From Candidatus Omnitrophota bacterium (GTDB lineage Bacteria > Omnitrophota > Omnitrophia > Omnitrophales > Aquincolibacteriaceae): a stretch of DNA of 64,000 nt. Within the stretch, counting starts at the first letter, position 1. Each line of letters opens with the position of its first letter. Location of the stretch: assembly GCA_043821445.1 (NCBI GenBank), contig JBDRCT010000013.1, positions 82,149 through 146,148 on the forward strand, read 5' to 3'. The notes under the pieces are model-generated. The model was given only the letters and a program-made list of their open reading frames with translations. It searched no databases and was not told the origin of the DNA. This document shows, piece by piece, positions 1-10,202 of the stretch. Made by a program: the position numbers and the translations under genes.

Positions 1-1113
1 GGTGACATCTACTTTTCCGCTGTCCCGGTTCAGCTTTACGTCGGGCACTACACGAGCGTCAATATAGCCCTCGCTGGCGTAGAATTGACGTATCTTTTCG
101 ATATCCTGCGCGACATAAAATTGCGAATAGGTCAGGCCGGGAAGCATCTCGAGCTGCTGCCAAAGCTCGGACTCCGGAAAAAGAGTGTTGTCCTTGAACT
201 TGATCTCGCCGGCAAGATAATGCTGCCCCTCGTCGATCCTGATCAGGATCCGGATCGTGTTATGGTCCTTGTCATAATCGAACTCCGGCAACACCTTCAC
301 GTCCAAATAACCTTCTTTTTGATAAAAAAAACTGATCTTCTCAAGATCTTTCTCAAAATCACCTTCTTTGAACGTTCCGAACAGGAACCATTTTTTCTCT
401 TTTGTCTTCATGAGTTTCTGAAGTTGCCGGGGTTTGAACGCGTGCGTCCCCTCGAAAGAGATCTTGGAGATCTTGAACTTTTTCCCCTCGAAGACCTTGA
501 ACGAGATCACGGCTTCTTTGGTCGACGGATCCACGTTCACTGCGACCTGAAGGTCCACGAACCGGAATCCTTTATCTGCATAAAGTTTACGGATGTCCTC
601 TTCGCCTTTTTTGACGGCCCTGCGGTCCAGGATCTGCCCCTCGATCACGCCGAACGTCTTGCGGAGTTTTTCTTCTTTAAAGGTGGTGGCGCCTTCGAAT
701 ATGATCTGCTTAACGATCGGTTTCTCGTCCACCTCCACGATCAATTTATAACCTTCGGGAAGATCTTCCACTTCCAATCTCACATCCTCAAAAAATCCGG
801 TCGCATAAAGGCGCTTGATATCTTCGTTCACGGTCTTCTGTTTGAGGGCAAGCCCTTGCTTGGTCTGGATCTTGCTCAAGATGGTGTTCGTACTCACAAT
901 GCGATTTCCACGAACATCCGTTGCCACGACTTTCTTTTCGGCCTGAGGCGCACTTTGAGAATCGGTTGCAACAGGTCCGGAGACGGGCTTCTGAACATTA
1001 GCAGCTGCAACGGCTTCAGCAGCCTTTTTCTCAGCCGTATCTTCGGCGAAGGCTACGGAAGAAGAACCCGCGCAAAAGGATAAGCTTAGAAGCAGTATGA
1101 TCAAACGTTTCAT
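1..1113 (-). CDS. bamA: Outer membrane protein assembly factor BamA, N-terminal part (signal peptide + POTRA repeats); runs past window start
   Basis: Minus-strand translation from ATG ~1113: MKRLIILLLSLSFCAGSSSVAFA... VRGNRIVSTNTILSKIQTKQG...DIKRLYATGFFEDVRLEVE...KPIVKQIIFEG, POTRA-like repeats; no stop inside window so absent from ORF track; start ATG overlaps dnaB TGA (ATGA). Confidence 0.7.
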   Translation of the reverse strand, partial: MKRLIILLLSLSFCAGSSSVAFAEDTAEKKAAEAVAAANVQKPVSGPVATDSQSAPQAEKKVVATDVRGNRIVSTNTILSKIQTKQGLALKQKTVNEDIKRLYATGFFEDVRLEVEDLPEGYKLIVEVDEKPIVKQIIFEGATTFKEEKLRKTFGVIEGQILDRRAVKKGEEDIRKLYADKGFRFVDLQVAVNVDPSTKEAVISFKVFEGKKFKISKISFEGTHAFKPRQLQKLMKTKEKKWFLFGTFKEGDFEKDLEKISFFYQKEGYLDVKVLPEFDYDKDHNTIRILIRIDEGQHYLAGEIKFKDNTLFPESELWQQLEMLPGLTYSQFYVAQDIEKIRQFYASEGYIDARVVPDVKLNRDSGKVDVT

Positions 1114-2474
1114 GCAGGCTCCTCGGATCTGAAAAATTCGGGATTATCGAAACGCGTCCATTCTTTAAGAAACACGAGCGGGATAACGCCCGTGGGCCCA
1201 TTGCGCTGTTTGGCGATGATCGCCTCGGCCTTGTTTTTGTTCTCTTCGGACGGCTGATAATACTCTTCCCGGAAAAGAAATACAACTACGTCCGCGTCCT
1301 GTTCAATGGCGCCGGACTCGCGAAGATCGGAAAGCTGCGGACGATTGCCGGTCCTGGACTCCACCGCACGTGAAAGCTGGCTCACCGCGATGACGGGAAC
1401 ACGGATCTCACGGGCAAGAGCCTTGAGAGATCTGGAGATCTCGGAGATCTCCTGCTGACGGTTCTCGGAGGATTTCGAACCTTGCATCAGCTGCAAGTAG
1501 TCGATCACGATCAGTGAAATATCGTGCTTCATTTTAAGACGGCGCGCCTTGGCCCGGATCTCGAGTACCGTCTGGCCCGGTGTATCGTCGATAAAGATCG
1601 GTGCCTCGGAAAGTTTACCGGCTGCATTCGTCAGTTTCGGCCAATCCTGATGAGAGAGATATCCCGTACGGACCTTTTGCGCGTCCACACGCGCGTGCGA
1701 ACAGAGCATTCTCTGAACAAGTTGCTCTTTACTCATTTCAAGCGAAAAAACAACGACGGGTTTCTTTAGATTGATGCCTGCATGTTCGCAGATTGCCGTG
1801 GCGAAAGCGGATTTTCCCATCGAGGGACGACCCGCCACAATGATCAGGTCCGAAGGTTGGAGTCCCGCGGTCTTCATATCGAATTCGTGAAAACCGGTCG
1901 CAATGCCTGTGACATGTTCCTTGCGCTGGAAAAGCTGGTCGATCGTTTCCATGCTCTCATGGATAATATCTTTGATCCGAACGGTCTTATTTTCGATTTG
2001 TGACTGGCCGATATCGAAGATCATTTTCTCCGCACTGTCGATCATCTCACGGGCATTGCCTTCGGCCTCGAGACTGTTCTGCACAATTTGCGTTCCGGAT
2101 TGGATGAGCTTGCGAAGGAGCGCCTTGTCTTTGACGATCCGGGCGTAATGTTCAATGTTCGCCGCGGTCGGCACGATCGTTGTCAACTGCGTCAGATAAC
2201 TGATCCCGCCCAGTTCTTCAAGCTGCTTGCGTTTCTTGAGCTCCTCGGAGACAGTGATGAGATCCACGGGGTGGTTGTTGGAAAAAAGGGTGGTCATCGC
2301 ACTGAAGATGTTTTGATGACGCTGGTCGTAGAAAAAATCGGGGGTCAGGACTTCGATGGCCTTCGTAAGCGCGATCTCGTCAAAAAACATCGCGCCCAGA
2401 ACGCTCATTTCAGCTTCGCGATTCTGGGGCGGAAGTTTTTCGTAAAGATTGACCGTTGTCTGTATTTCAGCCAC
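1110..2474 (-). CDS. dnaB: Replicative DNA helicase DnaB
   Basis: 454 aa; EAEMSVLGAMF N-terminus, Walker A GRPSMGKSAFA, RecA-like C-terminal domain; GTG start. Confidence 0.9.
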   Translation of the reverse strand: MAEIQTTVNLYEKLPPQNREAEMSVLGAMFFDEIALTKAIEVLTPDFFYDQRHQNIFSAMTTLFSNNHPVDLITVSEELKKRKQLEELGGISYLTQLTTIVPTAANIEHYARIVKDKALLRKLIQSGTQIVQNSLEAEGNAREMIDSAEKMIFDIGQSQIENKTVRIKDIIHESMETIDQLFQRKEHVTGIATGFHEFDMKTAGLQPSDLIIVAGRPSMGKSAFATAICEHAGINLKKPVVVFSLEMSKEQLVQRMLCSHARVDAQKVRTGYLSHQDWPKLTNAAGKLSEAPIFIDDTPGQTVLEIRAKARRLKMKHDISLIVIDYLQLMQGSKSSENRQQEISEISRSLKALAREIRVPVIAVSQLSRAVESRTGNRPQLSDLRESGAIEQDADVVVFLFREEYYQPSEENKNKAEAIIAKQRNGPTGVIPLVFLKEWTRFDNPEFFRSEEPA

Positions 2475-2493
2475 AAATGACCTCTAAAGAGGT

Positions 2494-2943
2494 TTAAGAC
2501 GGTTCCCGGACGAGTTCGACCGTCAGGCGCGTCTTGACCTGCGGGTAGATCTCAAGATCAACCTGATGCGTGCCCAAGGTCTTCAAAGGATCTTTGATAC
2601 GGATCTGTTTTTTTTCGAAGCTGTGTCCTTGCTTTTCGAGCGCCGCACGGAGATCCTCGGCGGTCACGGAGCCATAAAGCTTTTCGCCTTCACCCGCACG
2701 AACTTCAAGTGTGATCGTAAGGTCTTTCATCTCTTTGGCGCGTTTTTCGGCCGCTTCTTTTTCCTTAGCCTTGCGCGCGGCACTTCGGACGCGCTTTTCC
2801 GCAAAGAACTGCTTATTGGCGCGGGTCGCCGGGATCGCAAGTTCCTGCGGCATTAGAAAATTCCTTGCGAATCCGTCGCGCACACGCACGACGTCGCCTT
2901 TTTTGCCGACATCTGCCACATTTTTTAAAAGCAATAACTCCAT
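2494..2943 (-). CDS. rplI: 50S ribosomal protein L9
   Basis: 149 aa MELLLLKNVADVGKKGDVVRVRDGFARNFLMPQ... classic L9. Confidence 0.9.
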   Translation of the reverse strand: MELLLLKNVADVGKKGDVVRVRDGFARNFLMPQELAIPATRANKQFFAEKRVRSAARKAKEKEAAEKRAKEMKDLTITLEVRAGEGEKLYGSVTAEDLRAALEKQGHSFEKKQIRIKDPLKTLGTHQVDLEIYPQVKTRLTVELVREPS

Positions 2944-2984
2944 GGATCGATTCCCCTTTTTCTTTTTTAAAATGCTCCCGGTGA

Positions 2985-3305
2985 TCAGTTCGCCTGGAAC
3001 GCCAAAAGCCCCGAATGACGTGACTTTTTAATGAGACGTGTGAGCGTGCGTTGGTCCTTCGAGTTCAAACGCGTGATGCGACGAGGCAAGATTTTGCCTT
3101 TCTCAGTAATATATTTCCCGAGCGCTTCCACATCTTTATAGTCCATAGGCGGCAGCACGCGACGCATGCGCTTGCGTACGGGCCGGGAGGGACTCCGGGC
3201 CGGCGAACCGTAACCCTTTTCTCCTTTTTTGGGACCCCGGGCATTTTTGTCGAACGGTTTTTTCTTTTCGTCTTTTCCAAACCTTGAAGAGGATCTCGGT
3301 TTCAT
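2985..3305 (-). CDS. rpsR: 30S ribosomal protein S18
   Basis: [25 protein letters not shown] motif. Confidence 0.9.
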   Translation of the reverse strand: MKPRSSSRFGKDEKKKPFDKNARGPKKGEKGYGSPARSPSRPVRKRMRRVLPPMDYKDVEALGKYITEKGKILPRRITRLNSKDQRTLTRLIKKSRHSGLLAFQAN

Positions 3306-3325
3306 ATTTTTTATACCTGGCTGAT

Positions 3326-3811
3326 TTAGAAGGGAATTTCTTCGTCGGGTTTAAGTTCGTCCTTTGAAAGGGAGACGGAATCCTTTTTGGAAGGCATGCC
3401 GCCCTCCGGGGCTTCAAAAATGCTTTCATCCACGTCCATGGTCGGCACATCCGCCCCCTCGCCCCTTCCGCTGCCGGGTTTTGATCCGAGGAACTGGACA
3501 TTGTCGGCGACCACTTCCGTGGAATACCGTTTATTACCATCCGGGCCGTCCCAACTCCGGGTCTGGATCCTTCCTTCCACAAAGACGGGACGGCCTTTTT
3601 TCAGATACTCATTACAGATCTCCGCAAGACGCGCCCAAACCACGATCCGGATAAAACAAACTTCCTCTTTTTTTTCCCCGGCCTTGGAATTATACGTGCG
3701 ATTCACAGCGATCGTAAAAGTCGTCACCGCCTGTCCCGAGGGGATGTAACGAAGCTCCGGATCCCGGGTAAGATTCCCGATCAACATGACTTTGTTCAAA
3801 CTTACGGCCAT
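3326..3811 (-). CDS. ssb: Single-stranded DNA-binding protein
   Basis: OB-fold N-terminus [14 protein letters not shown], Gly-rich linker, acidic tail ...DEEIPF. Confidence 0.9.
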   Translation of the reverse strand: MAVSLNKVMLIGNLTRDPELRYIPSGQAVTTFTIAVNRTYNSKAGEKKEEVCFIRIVVWARLAEICNEYLKKGRPVFVEGRIQTRSWDGPDGNKRYSTEVVADNVQFLGSKPGSGRGEGADVPTMDVDESIFEAPEGGMPSKKDSVSLSKDELKPDEEIPF

Positions 3812-3842
3812 AGGTCACCCGATGTTTTGCGTGTTGGATTGA

Positions 3843-4181
3843 TTATACTTTGGACGTTGTAACAGGAGCGGCGGGAAGAGGCGCTAACGCCGGCTTCTTC
3901 GCGGGAATACTCACCATATATCTCAAAAGGTTTTCTTGAAGCTCCAGTTCTTTACGGAAATCCTGCGTCCGGGACGGGTCCATTTCAAATTCAAAAACGA
4001 ACGTCCTGCCGTCCTTGTACTTGCGGATCATGTGACCGAGCGCCCTTTTCCCAAGATCGGTCTTCTGGATCACCTTCCCTTGGAATTTCTCGATCCATTT
4101 TACAACCTCCGCGGCAGGGTCTTTGTGCCCCTCTCCTGTGATCTCCGGCGGAAAAATAAATAAACCCTCGTATTTTTTCAT
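3843..4181 (-). CDS. rpsF: 30S ribosomal protein S6
   Basis: MKKYEGLFIF... S6 family; rpsF-ssb-rpsR-rplI order. Confidence 0.9.
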   Translation of the reverse strand: MKKYEGLFIFPPEITGEGHKDPAAEVVKWIEKFQGKVIQKTDLGKRALGHMIRKYKDGRTFVFEFEMDPSRTQDFRKELELQENLLRYMVSIPAKKPALAPLPAAPVTTSKV

Positions 4182-4430
4182 CGTACACTCCCTCAGAATC
4201 TAGTACCGTTTTCCATTAATTTCTAACGGTTAACGGTGCAAGTACTGCGAACCCTTCAAATTTGAAGCAACGCGGTGCTAGATTAAAATGATAACTCTTT
4301 CCGTAAGTTTCATAAACAGAAGCTACAGAAGCAGTTATGAAGCTTTTAGGCCTTTGAAAAGGCTAAAAGAGGAGACAATGTAACATAAATGCATCGCTTG
4401 GGCAAGAAAAGTTCCAAGGCTCACAACCCT

Positions 4431-5033
4431 CTACACCACTGCGGCATTGACCCTGTTCATGGCCTTCGTCAAAGGCTCCGAGATCCAGGCGCGGCATGCC
4501 TCCATCCCTTTTCCCAGAAGCTCTTTCATTTTCTTCTCTTCTGCGACGGTGAAAGCGGAAAGCACATAATCCCGAAGCGGCCCGGCAGAGTCCGTAAGCT
4601 CTGCTCCTGCCTTATTTGCCCGGGAACCGATCCCGATCCGAAGCCTCGGATATTCACGGCCTTCGAGATGTTCTTCGATCGAGGCAAGCCCGTTATGCCC
4701 GCCCGAACTTCCCTCGCCTCGCAAACGGAACTTTCCGAACGGCAACGCGATATCATCGACCACGATCAAAAGATCTTTGTTTGCAGCGATTTTCCAGTAC
4801 TTTACGAGCGCCACGACCGCTTCGCCGGAAAGGTTCATATAGGTTAACGGATGGGCCAGATGAAACGTCTCGCCATTCCACGAGACTGAGGCTAAGGCCG
4901 CCTTCTGGGACTTTTTAAAAGCAAACTTCACTTTCTCTGTTTCGGCAATAAACTCCACGAGCCGGCGGCCGATGTTGTGCCTCGTGCGGGCGTATTCGTC
5001 CCCGGGATTCCCAAGCCCAACGATGAGTTTCAT
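4431..5033 (-). CDS. pth: Peptidyl-tRNA hydrolase
   Basis: Internal start MKLIVGLGNPGDEY; HNGL motif; ORF track entry extends further upstream into the rplY 3' region, unlikely. Confidence 0.85.
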   Translation of the reverse strand: MKLIVGLGNPGDEYARTRHNIGRRLVEFIAETEKVKFAFKKSQKAALASVSWNGETFHLAHPLTYMNLSGEAVVALVKYWKIAANKDLLIVVDDIALPFGKFRLRGEGSSGGHNGLASIEEHLEGREYPRLRIGIGSRANKAGAELTDSAGPLRDYVLSAFTVAEEKKMKELLGKGMEACRAWISEPLTKAMNRVNAAVV

Positions 5034-5088
5034 CAGAACCCTCAAGATCCTTCCGGAAGTGCTTGCGCGGTTCCCGGAAGATCCTTTA

Positions 5089-5832
5089 TTACTTTCCTTC
5101 TTTCCCCGGTGCTGCAGCAGGTTTTCCCGCGGCAGGTGCGCCTGGTTTGGCCGCAGCGGGAGCGGCTTTCGCAGGAGCGCCTTCTTCGCCTTCCTTGTCC
5201 TTCTTGCCCTTTTCCATAACCTCGGGCTCAACGGCGCCCTCTTCGGCAGGCTTTACTTCTTCTTCGCGAGGAGGATGGATCGCAAGAACCACTTCCTCCG
5301 GTGCAAGCAGGCACTTGATCCCCTGCGGGAGCGTCAAGTCCTTCACGTGGACCGCATCGTTGATCTTCATGGCCTTTGTTTCGATCTCGATCTTTTCCGG
5401 GATCTGCGTAGGCAAACACTCCACATCGATCTCGCGGTGTACAAGATCGAGTGACCCGCCCTCCTTGATGCCGGGTGCTTCTTCAATGTGAAGGAGAACC
5501 ACCGGCACTTTGACCGTGATCCTTTCGTTGAGCGAGATGACCATGAAATCGATATGGTCGATCTTGTCCGTGACCGGATTGTTCTGGATCGCCTTGATGC
5601 GACATGTCGATTCTTTCATCTTCACACCTTCGACCTGAAGCGTGATCAGAACGTTTGCGCCGGCCTTCGTATGGATCGCTTTGAGAAATGCCCGGTCCGG
5701 CACTTCGATCGCGAGCGGTTTCATGCCGTGGCCGTAGACCACGGCCGGAAACATTTCGTTGCGGCGGACCGCGCGTGCCTTGCGGGTCCCGTCGGCATTA
5801 CGTGTCTTGGCTTGTAATTCAAAAGTTTGCAT
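5089..5832 (-). CDS. rplY: 50S ribosomal protein L25 / general stress protein Ctc, long form with Ala/Pro/Lys-rich tail
   Basis: MQTFELQAKTRNADGTRKARAVRRNEMFPAVVYGHG... L25/Ctc family. Confidence 0.85.
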   Translation of the reverse strand: MQTFELQAKTRNADGTRKARAVRRNEMFPAVVYGHGMKPLAIEVPDRAFLKAIHTKAGANVLITLQVEGVKMKESTCRIKAIQNNPVTDKIDHIDFMVISLNERITVKVPVVLLHIEEAPGIKEGGSLDLVHREIDVECLPTQIPEKIEIETKAMKINDAVHVKDLTLPQGIKCLLAPEEVVLAIHPPREEEVKPAEEGAVEPEVMEKGKKDKEGEEGAPAKAAPAAAKPGAPAAGKPAAAPGKEGK

Positions 5833-5891
5833 TTCAAATTCCTCCTTGATGTCCTTTGATTAAGACGGAAACGACTTCCCTCTTGTTCGGT

Positions 5892-6869
5892 TTATGCTTC
5901 AACCCCTGCGCTCGAAAAAAGTGTGCTGATCGACTCGTTGTAATGGATCCGATAGATCGCGTCCGCCAAAAGCGAGGCGATCGAAAGCTGGGTGATCTTT
6001 TTGATCCGTTTTTCCTTCCCGAGCGGAATACTGTTCGTTACGATAAGCTCCTTGATGACGGAACCCCGGATCCTCTCCACGGCCTTTCCGGCCAAGACAG
6101 GGTGCACAATGTTAGCATAGATATCCAATGCCCCTGCTTTCTTGAGGGCCGTGGCAGCTTCCACAAGCGAGCCGCCCGTCGAGATCATATCATCGATGAT
6201 GATGACATTCTTCCCGGCCACGGAACCGATAATGTGCATCACATGCGTCTGGGACGCGCTCTCACGGCGCTTGTCTACGATCGCGAAAGCACAATGAAAA
6301 AGTTTGGCGTATCCCCGTGCCATCTTGATCCCGCCCACGTCGGGCGAAACGACTACGAGATCCTTAATCTTCTTTTTCTTAAAATAGCTCCCCATCACAT
6401 TGATCGAATAGAGATGGTCCACCGGGATATCGAAGAATCCTTGGATCTGTCCCGCATGAAGGTCCATCGCAAGCACACGATTCGCGCCGGCGCTCACGAT
6501 CAGGTTTGCCACAAGTTTCGCGGTGATTGGAACGCGCGGTTTGTCCTTGCGATCCTGGCGGGCATAGCCAAAAAATGGCAACACCGCCGTGATCCGCTTG
6601 GCTGAAGCACGCCGCGCGGCGTCGATCAAGATCAAAAGTTCCATCAGGCTTTCGTTGGGAGGCGTGCAAGTCGGCTGAACGATAAAAACATCTTTGCCCC
6701 GGATATTATCGCGGATCTGGAGCTGGATCTCCCCCTCCGGGAAACGGCCGAGCAGTACATCGCCTAGCGGAATGCCGAGATACTTGGCGATCTCCCTGGC
6801 GAGCTCCGGATGAGAGCTCCCCGTTAAAAGGACCATATCCCCATTCTGCTTTTTCTGGATCTTTTTCAT
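5892..6869 (-). CDS. prs: Ribose-phosphate pyrophosphokinase
   Basis: PRPP synthetase motifs DLHAGQIQGFFDIPVDHL, VVVSPDVGG, IIDDMISTGGS. Confidence 0.9.
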   Translation of the reverse strand: MKKIQKKQNGDMVLLTGSSHPELAREIAKYLGIPLGDVLLGRFPEGEIQLQIRDNIRGKDVFIVQPTCTPPNESLMELLILIDAARRASAKRITAVLPFFGYARQDRKDKPRVPITAKLVANLIVSAGANRVLAMDLHAGQIQGFFDIPVDHLYSINVMGSYFKKKKIKDLVVVSPDVGGIKMARGYAKLFHCAFAIVDKRRESASQTHVMHIIGSVAGKNVIIIDDMISTGGSLVEAATALKKAGALDIYANIVHPVLAGKAVERIRGSVIKELIVTNSIPLGKEKRIKKITQLSIASLLADAIYRIHYNESISTLFSSAGVEA

Positions 6870-6878
6870 AAGAATACC

Positions 6879-8135
6879 CTACCTTTTCTTCTTTGAGACG
6901 GGCCGGGCCGGAACGCCGACGACCACATCTCCTTTTTTAATTTTTATCTTTGGGATCACCACCGACCCCGCGCCAGTCCTCACCCCGTCCGGGATCCGGA
7001 CGGGCGCTACAAAAACGGTATTGGATCCGATCATCACGTTTTTTCCGATCAGTGTTTGATGCTTTTTCTTTCCGTCAAAATTCGCGGTAATGGTCCCGGC
7101 CCCGACATTGGTTCCGTCGCCGATCACCGCATCCCCCAAATAAGTCAAATGCTTGGCCAAAACCTTTTTCCCAAGACGGCTCCGGTTCACTTCCACAAAA
7201 CTTCCGATCACCGCTCCGTCGCCGATCACGGTGTTGTGACGGATTTTCGCAAACGGCCCGATCTCACTATCCTTACCGATCTCCACCCCGCTTTCAATAA
7301 AACACCACGGATAGATCGTGGTACCTTTGCCGATCTTCACGCCCGGCGCTACAAAAGTTTGCTCTGGCGCTATAAACGTCACGCCTCCCTCCTGATGTTT
7401 CGTGATCTCCCGCTCGTTTATTTTTTTTGTCACGGTGGCCAGATCTTTCTGGGAATTGATCCCCTGCCCCTCCTCCGCGCTCGCAAGTGAAAAAGCTTCT
7501 ACGCAATAGCCTTCGCGCCGCAGGATCTCAATGGTATCCGTCAAATAATATTCGCCTTTTTCGTTATCCTGTCCGACCCCCTCCAGGGCTTCGAATAAAA
7601 CTTTCTTATCAAAAAGATAGATACCGGTATTCACTTCCCGGATCGTACGCTCCTCAGGAGTAGCGTCCGTTTCTTCGCGGATCGCAGCAAAATGTCCCTC
7701 TTCCCTCACGATCCTTCCATATCCGGACGGGTCTTCTTGAACACAGGATAACACGCTGACATGCGCCCGCGATTTTTTATGCTCCGCCAGGAACTTCGCC
7801 AGCGTCTCCGGCTTCACAAGCGGCATATCGCCCGGCCATACGAGCACGGGACCTTGTGTGTTCTTGAGCGCCGGCCCGGCTACTCTGACCGCGTGCCCGG
7901 TCCCCTTTTGCTCGCGCTGAAGCACCGGGGTCGCGCCAGACACCTTCAAAAATGACCGCACTTTTTCGGCCTTGTAACCTACCACCACAAAAGGATTTTT
8001 CATTCCGGCCCCGGCCAGAGTTTCGAGCACATACCCAAGCACGGGCTTCCCGAACACCGGGTGCAGGACCTTCGGCAATTCAGAGCGCATCCGGGTCCCT
8101 TTCCCCGCTGCGAGAACAATGGCTTCCATGGTCAT
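6879..8135 (-). CDS. glmU: Bifunctional UDP-GlcNAc pyrophosphorylase / GlcN-1-P acetyltransferase GlmU
   Basis: LAAGKGTRM nucleotidyltransferase N-terminus + left-handed beta-helix hexapeptide C-terminus; likely start MTMEAIV/MEAIV (8135 or 8129) with AAGGA SD, not the track start 8183 which overlaps repeat element A. Confidence 0.85.
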   Translation of the reverse strand: MTMEAIVLAAGKGTRMRSELPKVLHPVFGKPVLGYVLETLAGAGMKNPFVVVGYKAEKVRSFLKVSGATPVLQREQKGTGHAVRVAGPALKNTQGPVLVWPGDMPLVKPETLAKFLAEHKKSRAHVSVLSCVQEDPSGYGRIVREEGHFAAIREETDATPEERTIREVNTGIYLFDKKVLFEALEGVGQDNEKGEYYLTDTIEILRREGYCVEAFSLASAEEGQGINSQKDLATVTKKINEREITKHQEGGVTFIAPEQTFVAPGVKIGKGTTIYPWCFIESGVEIGKDSEIGPFAKIRHNTVIGDGAVIGSFVEVNRSRLGKKVLAKHLTYLGDAVIGDGTNVGAGTITANFDGKKKHQTLIGKNVMIGSNTVFVAPVRIPDGVRTGAGSVVIPKIKIKKGDVVVGVPARPVSKKKR

Positions 8136-8176
8136 CCTTGTTTTAAATTTTATTTCTTTAATGGTTAACAAGAATT

Positions 8177-8220
8177 GTCCCAATTTCAGATTCTCTGAAA
8201 TTGATAAAAATTGGGACTAC
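8177..8220. repeat. Dispersed palindromic element, copy A: GTCCCAAT-ttcagattctctgaa-attgataaaa-ATTGGGAC-tac
   Basis: Terminal inverted repeats GTCCCAAT/ATTGGGAC, internal perfect hairpin; its terminal GTAG (minus strand) supplies the TAG stop of the upstream permease; see copies at 10925, 51291, 51374, 52236. Confidence 0.6.
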
Positions 8221-9173
8221 CCCTTGATCCCGGTCAATTTGATACCTTCGACGAAAAACCGCTGATTGAATAAAAAGACGATCAAGATCGGCAGGATCAT
8301 CATCATCGACGCGGCCATAAGAAGCGTCCAATCCGTACCGTGCACCCCTTGAAAATAAGCGAGTCCGACCGGCAGCGTATATTTGGTATGCGTGTTCACC
8401 ACGATCAAGGGCCACATCAAATTCATCCACGATCCCATGAATGTAAAAGTGGTCAAAGTCGCTAAGGCCGGTTTTGAAAGCGGAAGAATGATATGCCAGA
8501 AGATCCGGACATACGAGCATCCGTCGATCTTTGCGGCATCTTCCAGGTCTTTAGGCAGCGTCAAAAAAAACTGCCGCAGCATGAACGTCCCGTAAGCGGT
8601 AAAGATCCCCGGGAGGATCAGCGCTTTATAAGTGTCGATCCAGCCAAAATGACGGAGCAGGATGAATACCGGGATCATGGTCACCGCGCCCGGGATCATC
8701 ATGGTCGCGAGATAACTAAAAAAGAGCCTGTCGCGACCCGGAAAATTCAAACGCGCAAACGCGTACGCGGCCATCGCGCTTGTGGCAACCTGTCCGAACG
8801 TAATACAAAAGCTCACCAAAATGGAATTCAGATAGAACTGCGCAAACGGAACCACGGACCAGACCTTCACATAATTCTGCCAGACAAAACTAGTCGGCAA
8901 CCATTCCTGCCACCAGGAACGATTCTCCGAAAAAATTTGTCCCGCATCGGAAAGTGAAGTCGAGACCATCCAAAGGAACGGCGCCGCCATACTCACCGCG
9001 CCTGCGAGCAGGGCCATAAAAAGCACCGCTCTTTGTAATCTTCGCTTTAGGGGCGACTTTTCCTTGAGCTCAGTCACCACCTTCACCACTTTTTTTCTTT
9101 TTGAACGGGAGGCGGACGCGGCGATCTCCTGCTTCATTTCCTCTTGGATCAACGAATCAATGTGATGTCCCAT
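8217..9173 (-). CDS. Carbohydrate ABC transporter permease (MalG-like)
   Basis: 6 TM segments, EAA loop AKIDGCSYVRIFWHIILPLSKPAL. Confidence 0.8.
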   Translation of the reverse strand: MGHHIDSLIQEEMKQEIAASASRSKRKKVVKVVTELKEKSPLKRRLQRAVLFMALLAGAVSMAAPFLWMVSTSLSDAGQIFSENRSWWQEWLPTSFVWQNYVKVWSVVPFAQFYLNSILVSFCITFGQVATSAMAAYAFARLNFPGRDRLFFSYLATMMIPGAVTMIPVFILLRHFGWIDTYKALILPGIFTAYGTFMLRQFFLTLPKDLEDAAKIDGCSYVRIFWHIILPLSKPALATLTTFTFMGSWMNLMWPLIVVNTHTKYTLPVGLAYFQGVHGTDWTLLMAASMMMILPILIVFLFNQRFFVEGIKLTGIKG

Positions 9174-9182
9174 GACTCTCTC

Positions 9183-10119
9183 TTAAGCGTAATGAACAGC
9201 CTTGCCAAAAAAACGCCATTTCACGACCGTGACAGCAAAAATGATCAGGAATAGGACCCATGAAATGGCGGCCGCGTATCCCATACGGTACCATTCAAAC
9301 GCGTTATTAAAGATGTAATAGATGATCGTCGTGGTGGACCCGTTTGGCCCGCCACCCGTCATGATATACGCTTGATCGAATCCCGCCTGAAACCCGCCGA
9401 TTAAGCTCATTGTCGCGATAAAAAAAGTCGTCGACGAGATCTGCGGCCAGGTGACATTCCAGAATTTTTGCCAATTGTTCGCGCCGTCCACTTCTGCGGC
9501 ATCATAAAGATCGCGCGGCACTCCCTGCAACGCCGCTAGATAAAGGATCATATTGTAGCCACCGATCGATTGCCACACGCTCATGATGATAAAAGCCGGC
9601 TTCGCCCACGCTTCGTCCGTAAGCCAGTTCGGTCCGGTCAACCGCAAACCCAGTATATCCCCGAACTGAGCGATCATTGAATTTAAGAAACCGAAATTCG
9701 GATTGTAGATCAACCGCCAGAGCATAAAGATCGCAACGCCCGAACAGATCGTCGGGAGAAAATAAATAGTCCTGAAAATGACCGTTCCCCGGAGCTTTTG
9801 GTTGAGAGCGATCGCCAAAAGGAGCGACCCCGCCATGCTGATTGGAATGGCCGTCATTAGAACGAGCGTGTTCCAACAGTACTTCCCGAAGAACGGATCT
9901 TTGGTTAACTCGATAAAGTTCGTGAGTCCTGCGAATTGCGGACTAGCCGATAAAAGATCCCACTTCACGAAACTTAAGCCCAAGGACGCCAGCACCGGGA
10001 TCGATGTGAATAGAAGGAACCCGAGCAGATTCGGCATAAGAAACCCATACGCCGCGATCGTCTCTTTCGTTTTATCTTTCAATCCGTTTTTCATTTTTAT
10101 TTTCCTGATGTCCCGCATT
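9183..10119 (-). CDS. Carbohydrate ABC transporter permease (MalF-like)
   Basis: EAA loop AAEVDGANNWQKFWNVTWPQIS; track ORF (to 10190) reads through the tRNA, so real start is the internal ATG (MRDIRK..., ~10119) or MKNGLK (~10095). Confidence 0.8.
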
Positions 10120-10126
10120 TCAGATC

Positions 10127-10197
10127 TGCCCCGCCTGGGCTCGAACCAGGAACCTTGCCTCCAAAGGGCAGTGTGATACCATTTCACCACGGGGCAA
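10127..10197 (-). tRNA. tRNA-Gln (anticodon UUG), no encoded CCA
   Basis: TGCCCCG...CGGGGCA 7-bp acceptor stem with U1-A72 and G73 (both typical of bacterial tRNA-Gln), D-arm GTGA/TCAC, anticodon loop CTTTGGA, T-arm CCTGG-TTCGAGC-CCAGG; cloverleaf folded by hand; 27-43 pair is a C/A mismatch. Confidence 0.75.
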
Positions 10198-10202
10198 TAA
10201 CT

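Noticed and set aside
85-1083. 332-aa plus-strand ORF
   Set aside because: It is antisense to a convincing BamA reading frame and is low-complexity, so it is an artefact of the GC-rich opposite strand.
4431-5231. 266-aa pth ORF as given in the track
   Set aside because: The N-terminal 66 residues are Arg/Lys-rich read-through of the rplY 3' region. The conserved Pth start MKLIVGLGNPG is internal, at 5033.
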